From Diadema antillarum (taxonomy: Eukaryota), in assembly GCF_040938485.1 (NCBI RefSeq), contig NW_027271690.1, positions 1,860,001 through 1,924,000 on the forward strand: a stretch of DNA of 64,000 nt, in the 5' to 3' direction. Each line of letters begins with the position of its first letter. The stretch's first letter is position 1. Shown here piece by piece: positions 1 through 11,900 of this stretch. Both the position numbers and the translations under genes were made by a program. The notes beneath the pieces are model-generated. The model worked only from the letters and a program-made list of their open reading frames with translations, ran no database searches and was not told where the DNA came from.

Positions 1-41
1 TGCAGGGAATGCATTAATAGCCAATCTTGATTTAATGAATA

Positions 42-79
42 ATCCGAATTTTCGAGGATCCTTACTCTTCTTCAGGGAT
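42..79 (-). ncRNA. Second minimal hammerhead ribozyme copy, inverted
   Basis: Reverse complement of the 251-288 motif with one change in stem II (GAGT instead of GAGG, leaving 3 bp). Confidence 0.65.
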
Positions 80-172
80 GACAGTGTATCAAGAGTAAAA
101 CATTAGGAGTCAAATAAAAACACCGCAGGAGCCAAAAAAAAAAAAAGTTGGCTCTTGCCAAATATATGTGTA

Positions 173-228
<56 letters not shown>

Positions 229-250
229 CATATATATAATTCGCACTGTC

Positions 251-288
251 ATCCCTGAAGAAGAGGAAGGATCCTCGAAAATTCGGAT
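251..288 (+). ncRNA. Minimal type I hammerhead ribozyme (Penelope/retrozyme type)
   Basis: ATCC-CTGAAGA-A-GAGG(AAGGAT)CCTC-GAAA-ATTC-GGAT. Stem I is ATCC/GGAT, the CUGANGA core carries an extra A, stem II has 4 bp, then GAAA, a palindromic AATT stem III and a UUC cleavage triplet (C284). Confidence 0.75.
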
Positions 289-523
289 TATTCATTAAAT
301 CAAGATTGGCTATTAATGCATTCCCTACATTCCTCTGTTGTGACTTTATTATTGCTATTTCTAGTACTGCCAATACGCGGAACAACTACAATGTATATAT
401 ATACATATGTATGTATATACACATATATTTGGCAAGAGCCAACTTTTTTTTTTTGGCTCCTGCGGTGTTTTTATTTGACTCCTAATGTTTTACTCTTGAT
501 ACACACTGTATATTTATTACACA

Positions 524-709
524 NNNNNNNNNNNNNNNNNNNNNNNNNNNNNNNNNNNNNNNNNNNNNNNNNNNNNNNNNNNNNNNNNNNNNNNNNNNNN
601 NNNNNNNNNNNNNNNNNNNNNNNNNNNNNNNNNNNNNNNNNNNNNNNNNNNNNNNNNNNNNNNNNNNNNNNNNNNNNNNNNNNNNNNNNNNNNNNNNNNN
701 NNNNNNNNN
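524..709. other. Assembly gap (others at 37573-37702, 48511-48646, 48874-49022, 49674-49817)
   Basis: Runs of N. Confidence 1.
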
Positions 710-1585
710 GGTGATTCCGAGACGGGAGAGTTACACGCAAGCGCTGAATGGCCATTTCTGAGTCAAATAGTTTAATGTTGAGCGTTATCATAAGCTTTTC
801 ATACACACCGAAAAATCACGACTTTGCAATGGACAATACCAACTTGTGTCACAGAAAATGCAGACGAACACAGTAATAGTATAATCAGCCTACTTGTGAT
901 GCTCTGTCACGTGTATGGAATTGCAATAACTTAGTAGTAAAAGACAAAAAGAACTGTCAGACCTTGTGCACACAGAAGAATCACAGTGACTACAGGGTAG
1001 AAAACCAACCATAAAGGAAAACACAAATTAAAGTTACTTAATTTATCAGCAAGCCTGTCTGTTGTATCGCAGTATCTGAATCCACAAAGAAAATACCAAC
1101 AAAATCCCGCATGATCCTACAGGGGATTTCAGGTAATTTTAAGTTTTCTTTCACTATCGCTTGGACACAAAATATTTTCATAGCTACAAGAACAATCGAC
1201 ATAAATTTCAGGAAATAAAATTACTCGTGTCGTGTTTACATTGTTTTAAAAACCATATGCATAATCTCGCTAGCAAAGTTCTTGAGTTTATGTGATGTTG
1301 TTCTATTCAGTTCTTCAGACTGATAACTGTGGGAGTTAGGCAAGTGCAGAGCAAATATGAATTAGCTGTGAATGAATAAATGGTTCAATTCAAAGCTAAA
1401 ACGAATGTGTGTTATTTGCAGATATGCTAAAATGGAGGTATAAACTAATTAAATTGTAATGGCAGCAAGATTTCTTTTTTTCATTCAAGGTACAACTAAG
1501 TGCTCTTCGGGTATACACTGTACATAACATAATGATAAGTAAATGCTACTAATGTTAATTACAGATGTAGGCCCTACATGGTTTA

Positions 1586-1586
1586 C

Positions 1587-1635
<49 letters not shown>
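1586..1635 (+). repeat. (GACA)n microsatellite
   Basis: Directly visible. Confidence 0.9.
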
Positions 1636-1636
<1 letters not shown>

Positions 1637-4600
1637 TTGAGAGCTGTTCCTCTTTATGGGGATAAAAAGATCCAGAAATCTTATCAATCTAACCTTTCCA
1701 GTATTGATCCAGTCTTCTTTTCATTACTACCTGCACTAATGTGGCGTAGCATGTAGAACATCACAATAAACGGGCAAGAAATATTTATAATGAAAAATGT
1801 CATAACTTCCAAATTTGAACGGAGGACTTCATATAATACAGTCGACCTTTCCTCTGGTACCAGCTGATCTACAATGCAACTTTCCTATTACATTCATTTT
1901 CCTTTAGAGGAATTTTTTGTTTATGATGCAGCATTCAATTCAGACTGTTCAGAATACATATTCAAGAGTAATACACGGAGATATGGACTTGTGTTGAAGT
2001 CGGTGTGTGCATCAATTTTTAGCCAGATTGTCGTACAAAAAGTTGTGAAATACATATATTTCTTACAGTAACTCAATTTGAACCACATGATTGCAATTTT
2101 CCTCAGGACTTCAGTAAGATCTTTCTATTCTTCTCAATAGTATTTTTTCCTCCCCCAACCCTAATAATTGCCTTAAACCTCATTGGTCTAGCCTCAGGGC
2201 TCTTGGCTAATTTCTTTTTCACTCATTTAAAATTTATCCTAGGACGACTTTTGATATTACTCTTACCAAAAAAACAAAAAAAAACAAACAAAAACTATTT
2301 TTTTTATCCCCATATCAAATAAAATGAATGGCATTCAGAACCATATGACCTGTTTCAACATCTGCCCTCCCCCATTTCTTTTTAAATCTTGTCTTTACTT
2401 CTATTAATGCATCATTATCATTTACATTGTATTCATTAATCTCATTTTATTACATTTTATTATTCTTTTTTTTTTTTTGCATACGGAAAAGTCACATTGA
2501 CAATTTGACGGAAGGGAAATTCAAGTAAGATTACATAAAAAATGTGTAGCAATTGGATTGGATAGGAATGGGCTTTGGGAAGACACAGCAACTGTGCAAG
2601 GAACTGAAGAAAAAAAAAATGTATCTTAGATCAGCTACCTAAGTGCATGACATTAGAATTGACTACATCGAATGATACATCATCTCACTCAATTTAGCAG
2701 GTTATGAGACTTGTCTCCCTCTCCCCTTGCGTCGTGCTGAAAAGTCACTTTAGATTACGCTGGGACGCATTGTACAAAAAATAAAATGGTGCCCCCATAT
2801 GATAGGCGTGCATCAAGTAGCTGTCTACGTTGTGAATTGAGCGAACATAAAAATAGCCCAGAACGCGTAGTGAAAAACTCAGACGACGTAAGCTATACAC
2901 AGATCAACTTGACACGCTTTTTGCGCGTGCTCAGAACTTGTTTTTTTCCTCTGAACATCCCCGTCGCAAAAATCTAAAGCTCCCTAATGTTTAATTAAGG
3001 TAAGGAAGAAAACTTAAAAGTCACCTCTCACAGAGTATTGTGATTATTGACAATAGTTTTAGGATATGTCATAGCTTTGGCTTATATAAGCACAATGTAC
3101 AAGAATACATTAAAATGTAAATATATCATTATGACAACACAAGCCGCACTATCAATTTTTGACATGCTGACATACAAACAGCTGATAATAACGTCACACA
3201 CACTTAAATGCAACCAAATATAGTTTTAAGTTAATACATGTATAGTCACAAATAAAATATATATACTTTTGACAAAGCTAGTAAACTGTCCTAAATCTAC
3301 AGTAGAAGATTTTCTTTCGTTCCATCAGGATTAAAAAAAAAATCCAATGTTTTGGGTTTTACCTTTAGAGCACAGGCTAAGTGCATGCTGCTGATGAGAG
3401 GCCTGTGCCATTCCTTAACCATGTGAAAATCAACTTCATCTTCATAATATACACTTTGACATATAAATAAAACACTTTGGAACACTGCAAGTATCAATAA
3501 AATCAGACAAAGAATAGAAGAGTGAAGGAATTTCAATTTTGCCTGCTTTCACAAAGTAGCGAGGCACATACCTGCAGGGAAAAGTTGTCTTCTTGCAAAC
3601 AATTGCACAATTTTGCACTAACCTGTGTGGAGCACAAATCATGCTCACCTTCACTAGGCATTAACAGAATGCATACTGCAAAGAATGTACACCTAATTGT
3701 GGTTCATGTGCATTATGTCATAACATGCAATAATGACAAATATAAAGACTACTGATAATGTTAAAATTTGATTTTCTTGACAAGATGAAGGAAGGAGAGT
3801 TTAATCAAACTGCAAGAATACCTGCTAAAGTCAAATGCAATGAACATCATCAAAACTACTTCTTCAACATTGCTAGTTTATTTGTTTTCTGTGAGCTGAT
3901 AAATAAGTCCTCCTCGAACTCCCTTCTTTACTAGATATATAATATACAACATCAACTCTTTGGAATAAACTTCTTTCATGCAAAAGCATACAGCCAGCAT
4001 AAATGTCAAATCTATCGTTCTAATTAATTTTAGTACATTTCAGTATATAACAACAATAAATTAATAGTACCTCTGCTTGCTTGAGTTGGTGTATGAACTA
4101 CAACAGTAAAGAACAAATAATGTTTACCGTTTAGTGATATCCACAACTTATGCACTCTTCATGTCACATCTATTTCACTCTTCAATGCAGGAAAGATGTA
4201 CAAATAATATTACATCCTAACATAAGCCACATGATTTTCATCACAGTCAAAATCCAAATTTACCTTTATCAATTGCAATGAATGTTTATCATAGTGCAAA
4301 ACAAAACATTGTCATGTAAAACATTAGCTGAATTGGCTTATCCTTCGTGGGCTAAAAGAGTGGGAGGGTTTATCTTTTTAGTATATGTACTGTGTATTGC
4401 ATCTTGCTGGAAAGAAATGATCTCATAATTTATCTCACAGACCAAGTTCCAATGTACAAAGACATGTTATAGTTTTGATATGATTGTCATAAACTTTTCC
4501 GTGGAGGCAAGTGTCACATAGTTAATAGAATAGTAAGAGTAGCGAAACTTACAGTGAAATAATCAAGTTTGCTGATACACATGAACATATTCCATGCTGG

Positions 4601-5857
4601 ACAATGTCACTGCTACGATGTATCAACAGCTGGACTTATACTGCTATGATCCTACCCCTCAAAACCACTGCATACAGAATAGCTTATGACTGGGTCTTGG
4701 CATCAAACAAGAAATCAATTGAGAGACAAATAAGGAGGGGAATCATGGATGTCGACAGTAACTGCAGATCAATGTATCTTGCTAATCATACAGGATACAC
4801 CTTCCAGTTTTAGTATTGGGTAAAATGCGAAAAACTTGCTTTCAGCTGTAGTATTGCTGATTTAAATTAATGAAATGTATAGCAGTTAAAGGAAACATTT
4901 GGACTTTATCTGTTTAAAGTCTTGTCTTATTCAAAGGATCGTACCTAGTGGATTATGCAGACACTCGCGTACTGCTGTAATAGAAGAAGACGATGTCACC
5001 CCAATCTTGGAAGAAATCATTAATATCAAAATGCTATAATGTGAGTTGTCATTCAGCTTTTTTACTATTTGGCACTCCCATGAGTAGAGACCACGATTGC
5101 ACAATTCCAAACAAACATTATTTCAGGGAAATTAGATATTTGCAATTCCTTCACCAGAATGAAATTTGATGTCAAATTAGGCAGATATCTCAGGATAATA
5201 GATAATTCCAAACATATGCACACAGAAACACTACTATCATCCTCGTCAGCACAAAGTTGTAAGATGGCACTAGTTAATGTGTATATTTATGTCATATTTC
5301 AAGCTACAACATCAATATCACTTAACACAGCAACAATCCCTTAGAAAGACAAAATGCACAAACTGCCAAAAGATGCATATGAAGTTTTTTTTTTAAATAT
5401 ATAACAGTTTGCAGCCTATTCAATGTGCTGTAAGAATGAGGTATTGCCAGATTAAAGGTGTAAAAGTATTGATATTTTGCCATCATTTAAATGCTGTTTA
5501 TAACAAATATACACATGATCAATTACTCACAGGAACTACAAACTACACTGAACTTACTCAGTTCCAGCCTCTGATATATCAATCAATACCAATATGTTAC
5601 TATACACACTTTTGCTAAATACAATGGGTACTACATTCTCAAAATTCTCAGAATTTTCCCCTTTCTCATCTATTATCTTAATTTCAGTATGAAATTTCAT
5701 ATGTAAGGTGAATGAAAATCAAAAATCTTTCACAAACTACACCATATTACCTCTTCCAGCAAGTAAATAATTCCTTACTTATTTGTACCATATCATCTTT
5801 TATCGAATCACTGTGTACTCACAGAAAAAGGAAAGATGCTGACTCCTGTAGCCAACC

Positions 5858-5988
5858 GAGATATACATCTTGGTCAGTATGACCTGTTTAGAAGCTGACT
5901 AAGATATATTCATATCTTGGTCGGAATGACCTCTTTAGAAGCTGACCAAGATATATCTTGGTCGGTGTGACCTCTCTAGAAGCTGACT
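5858..5988. repeat. Three tandem 41-47-bp copies spanning the TPRG1L stop codon
   Basis: Units at 5858-5900, 5901-5947 and 5948-5988. Confidence 0.85.
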
Positions 5989-8900
5989 CCACCACGCTCC
6001 CTGAAGAAGCCCAGCTTACTCTGGTTGAAGACCATGCTAGAGAGGCCCACGTAGACCTCACACTGGATGGGGGCCTCCACGGTGCTCACTGGAGGAAGGT
6101 TGGGGTGTCTCTGGCTCCTACTGGTGGTCACTGCCTGGCTCAAGGTGTTCAGAAAAGGACCAACCTGAGAGGACACAAGGAAAGGGCAAGAATATCAGCA
6201 AAGGTCAAAAGGGTAGCATGGTAGCTATCAGTGTGCAAAGCTTGGTGTAAGGCTGCTAACTTCTACAAATCAACAAAGCTTATTGATGTACTGTGAACAA
6301 AATAATATATAAGGCAAAAGTCATATTCTGAACCCCCCCCCCAAAAAAAAAAAAAAAAAGACATGAAATTTTTGCACACACTAAGCATACCCAATCAAGT
6401 TTCCAAAGAACATGCTTTTCTCTTTTTTTAAGTATATATACATGTACTTATATATATACTCTTTGCTTGTGTGGTCAGAAGCTATAGTGTGTGTCTGTGT
6501 GCCACACACACACACACATTAACCTGACATAAACCCAAAGGATGTAAATCAACTTTGGAATACATGCAAGGGATCGCCAAAGCGATGCAGATTTTTAATT
6601 TTTTGTATATATACATATACTAGTATATTTCAGTTTAATGAAAAAAAAAAACACAAAAAAAACATACTACATTATCTAAATATTGTGAAAGCATAAAAGC
6701 TGGTAGGTTATGTTAATGGATGACACAATGATTTCTCATAGAACAGTATAGATTGTACAATATAACATATTTTTACAATTACATTCATGACAACAATGGC
6801 TTGACTTACAACTTACCGTAAACTTATCGTAAAACACATCACCAAAAGTTAAGTCTCCCCCTTGACAATATTCATCATAATAATGCAATGTAGAATAATG
6901 TTCAATAAAACTACCTTAGATACAATCCTACAATGGTTTCCTAAGTGATGTGTTACAATGAAAGATGCCACAGCTTCATAGCTGAATGACCTCAAATGGA
7001 AGAAAGAAGAAATGCTCTTCTCAAAAATCATAAAAGTTTGTTCAAGGCTTGTTACTACTGGAAAAACAACTATGGTTGAATGCAGGCAAACAAACAAAAA
7101 ACAAAAAATTTCCACCAGGTGAACATTCAATAATGCGGCATTAATTTATGATCATTCAGCCATTCAAATCCTCGTCTTGGCTCAGAGCTTGGATCAGTGA
7201 GTTGCTACTTGGGCAGCCCAATTCCTTGTCCCAATATCTATGCCTTGAAGTAAACAAGCATATGCCTACTGGATGTGTTTGTGCTCTTAACATAATGCCC
7301 AGATTGTCTGATCAACACAGAGCCATTGCCATGGTGTGTCAGAGACCAGTTCTGCATAGTTGCTGCTCCAAGTCCCTACAAATAACAAATGCTGTACAAC
7401 GTATGTGCCAAATATTTTGCAAGGTTTCTATTTTCATGAATTCGTCCCGATTCGGAAAAAAAAATAGACTTGGTACATATGGCTTATGCAGTAATCAAAA
7501 GTGATTGGTATAATCAGCCCTACAAGAACAACCGCAAAATCATAACAATACTTGCTCAAGGAGAGAGAGAGAGAGAGAGTGAGTGTGTGTGTGTGTGTGC
7601 GTGTGTGAGTGTATGTATGTGTGTGTGATACATTATTGTAGGTGCCTTGCTCTGTACTTAGCATGCATATTTAGACATAGCATCCATTATAAAACAGCGG
7701 TATGGATCCTATCAAACGATTGGCTGAGACCAATCATGTGGCCAAGGTGGGGCAGGGTGCCCATTTGATGGATTTGAGATCCTATCCCCCTAGGGATGCA
7801 TCCTGCCAAGTTTGGTGAAAATTCATCAAGGGGTTTTCAAGAAGAAGATGAAAATGTACAAATGAGGCCCCCATTAGGACCCCCCCCCCCTGGTCCCAAG
7901 GGGGGCACTCTGATCCTGCCATGAACAAACTTGAAACAAGAGTTATCAATATACTCTGTAAAAGTGGTTTCTTTCGCGTACAGATGCTTTCGCGGTTTCC
8001 ATCGGTGCTGACTTTTTCGTGTGTGTTTAAATTCGCGGTCTGCAAAATCTGTGAATTCACAGTGGGCAAAAACTGTTTTATTTTGCACATGAAAACCCAA
8101 ACTAGAATCCAATTATTCTTTTACTTATTAAATAGAAATTGAAATTAAATGCAGGCTTACCTGAAATCCCGTCTCTCGAGTACTTTATAACATGCTTGTA
8201 TCTACATTGTGCGGTATCACTGTGTGTGTGTTGACCATCAATACATCAGGGATGCCAAGTTCAAAAAATTTTTATGAGTGAGACTTTCATGACTCGGCAT
8301 CTCGGCGCGCGAATGTGCGTGCGAGCGAGGGTGTGGGAGGGGTTTTTCCTCCCTGTGGCCTCCCACGGTAGGGAGCTTTTTCAATTTTTAGCTCTTAATG
8401 GTGCGACCAGGTGCATATTTACGTGACTATTTTTTCTTACTTTGAAAGACAAAAGGGAAATATACCTTCAATTGCAAATATTAACTTTAATCCTTTGAGC
8501 TATGCTCCTTATTATATGCCAAGGTTGCAGACTTCGCCCGATGCGTGACAAAAATGGGTGCCATGCGTGAGATCGTGAGACGGCCCCTAAATGCTTGAGT
8601 CTCACTCAGAATGCGTGAGACTTGGTAGCTCTGAATACACTCAATGCGCGGAATCTTCGTGTGTGCATGTGCGCAATAGCATTGTAACAAGAGGCGAGTT
8701 AAAAACATTTTCGCTTTGATGTTAAATTCACGGTTTAACCTCAAAGCGCGAAATGCGCGAAAATAAAACCACCGCGAAAGAAACCACTTTTACAGTACTG
8801 ATTCAATGTATTAATTTAGCTAGCTCCATTACTTCTGGTTCTAGAGATCTTCAGATTCCTTAATGAAAATGTCAAAAGTTTATGCAGGACACACAACACA

Positions 8901-11900
8901 CATTTTTTTTCTCTCTCTTTTAAATCAACTTAACCTGTTGAAGAAGAGACCCCAGTACACCCGGGCAGGTGTCTATAGGAAATGCATGGTATAACAAAAT
9001 CAGTCCGTCCTCAACGGGTTAATATCTGCTAGACTACATTCTATCCAATAACTACAAATGATACTTCATCTAGAATAAGATTACAATGTTTTGCATCATG
9101 TACCACGTGCCATTTCCGTGTGACAGTTTTAGAAATAAATGAGGATAAATTGATATGAACATTTCTTTTTTAGACCAGTGCTGAATTTTGGGAAGCCATT
9201 AGGAAAAGTGTGACAACAATGTGTTTTTACATTAACATCAAATCAAAGACAAACATTTGTGAAGATTAGCTTTAAACCTAACTACTCCTTATCTGTTTTA
9301 TGTTGACATAATAAGAGTCCACGATAAGCACAAAATTAAAGACCTGGACCTTATTAATGGCAGAGAAAATAAGGATTATGTGATCTTGCCAAATCCACAC
9401 TGTACAATGTACACTTTCATATGGAACCGTACTATTGTGTTACCTGAGTGGCTTTTTTGACTACCTTCAGGTCATGTGTTTGAGAAAATTTACCCAATGC
9501 CCATACAATGACTTGGCAAGTTGCTGCATGGGAGCAGCAGCTTGCTATGGTAATGATGAAAAAAAAAATCAAATTACTACATTTAAATTTTATTCAAAGA
9601 ATAAGTACTTGTACTATAGCCATCTACAAGACATTTGATGTACATTGTATCCATTCCCTGATGCATGGTCATCACAATTCTTATACATATCCTTTGTGAT
9701 TTTCAGCAATGCCATAAAAAGAATGGACACTAAAATCTATTGTGGGTTTTCAGAGTGTACACATGATCATAGAACCCAACATGCCACTTACTCACCCTAA
9801 AATAACAGGGGGACACTCTAAAAATATCATTTAAAAACAGAAGATTTGATCTTATTTTACACAATGACACGTTAATTTGTTCCTTTCTCGGATGTAACCT
9901 ATTACTTCATTAATTTGTTTGTTTGTTTGTTTGTTTGTTTGTGCCTTTCAGAAAGTTAGATCAATTTGCTACAAAGTGCTTTTCTGTGTACCCCTTTAAA
10001 GATGGGCCATCATCCCTTTTGCATTCCTTCCCAAATAGCACAGAACATGATATATTCCACCAGAATGACAAGACTATTGTAAAGCTATGACATTTCTGTG
10101 ATATTTGAAGGTTGTTAGCCGTTAAAATTCAAGTAATGCACCAAATGCTCACCGTAACGTATTCTGTGTACGAGGCACAGCTGCATATTATACTAATCCT
10201 CCTGTGGTTGTAATATGATACTATACTTCGAACAAAAGATATGCATGTTAAAGCTGTCAGAAAGGAAGAATTCATGAGCTTCTTTTACGTTGTTATCTAA
10301 GGCAAATAACACACCACTTACGTGAACTACATAAGTGCATCATACAGGTCTGTAAAACTAGACAAGTAGTTTAGATTTGTAATTTTTTCGTAGTACGAAA
10401 AAATTATTCAAATCTTAACGGTGAATTCAACTCAACAAATAAAGACCCTCTTGAGTTCAAAATTTACAGGTTTCCAAATAGTGTTTTCTTCAATACCTAA
10501 GTGTTCTCACCAAATTTTCAAAAATTTGCATGCAAAAGGATAATATGTCTTTAAGTAACAACTTTCGAGCTTGTATTGCAAGGCCAAATCATCATTGTAA
10601 AAAATCTTTTTGCGAACAGAATGATGGAAGTTTCACTTTTCAAGTGGAATGAATTTTTAAAAAAATCTGATTCTATAGTTTTTCACCGTTTTGCAACACA
10701 TTTGCAAAATATATACGGTGTTGATGTCATTATCTGATAAGTCCATCACTAACTTGCATATATAAAACCTAATGTAAAATATATTTCTTTTTCCATGAAA
10801 TGACTACGGGCTCTGCTTATTCTTTGCATCAAGTGATTGTAGGTTTATACCAACTCAGCAGGGATGACTGCACTGTTGCAAGGCATTGTTTTAGCCAAAT
10901 CATCAACAAAGAACATGACTTAATTCTACCCAATAGAGTCAACTTTGACTTCTGAACTCTAAATGTCCTTGTGGGTGAAAACAAAAGAAGTCAAATCTGT
11001 ATAGCTTCCCATTATTTCCTGTGTGTCCTGATTATACATGAAGCAATACGCAAACAGGAAGAAGCGCAGTGTCATGTTAAACTGAATAGGATGAAGGTCT
11101 CAAGGTGATATGACTAGCTCTGTGCCTACACGACAGAAACAAATTTCCTACTGGCTCTCTGCAGAATTATCCTATGCCAACTACACTGAAAATTCTAATA
11201 GTGGCCATCAAATGATCTCTTTGTTTTAGTTGGAAGGATCATGGTGTGCATAGTGTGTCCCTAAAAGGCCTATTCACATAGCTACCAACAGTAGCAGTTA
11301 TGTGGGTCAAACTTTGAACCATGCTGCAAAAACTGATTTTTTATTTTTATTCATGTGTGTGGACATAATAATTGTGACTATCAGTGAGATTCAAATTGCA
11401 ATCTGCACACCGCCTAAGGGGTGACATTTAAGAAATAGCCCCAATTTTTTCTGACTGAATGTGACAATTATCTGTGGTGCATTTGGTTTGTATGAACGAG
11501 ATTGCACTTGTTTTTTATATCCCACAATGTAAGCTCCGCAGGACCTCATCCATGTGTAGTTTGACATCTCACACACTGTTGTGATTTGAGTCCTGATTTT
11601 CCTTCATGAATCAGTGCAATTTAGATTTTTTTTTTTCCTTGCCTGTGTACATATGTGAGACAGGGAGCAAAATAGCTGCCTGAGGGGAAAAGACAAAACA
11701 TGTGTGTAAGTGCTTAGCACCTAGCTTACTCCGATGGTACGCATACTGTGTGCACTCGCCAGCCCGGCTCACCCGACTAATAAATAATTCTTGGCTCGCT
11801 CTCGATGGGACCCGAGACTGTAACCGGTACCTGCACACAACGCATGCTCAGTGCAGCACAGCATGGACGTTAGCTAGTGATGTTATTAGAGCCTTGTCCA

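Larger units (their letters stand above)
1..523. mobile_element. Inverted pair of ~260-bp hammerhead-bearing monomers around a (TA)n tract (retrozyme / Penelope pLTR-like)
   Basis: 1-87 is the reverse complement of about 244-330, and about 83-170 is the reverse complement of about 420-509. The plus arm is bounded by a CACTGT direct repeat (244-249, 504-509). (TA)n runs from about 160 to 238. Confidence 0.6.

Noticed and set aside
3401-3430. Other CTGATGA/CTGAAGA motifs (e.g. 3401, 53521, 59969) as hammerheads
   Set aside because: No stem II followed by GAAA, and no stem I complementarity.
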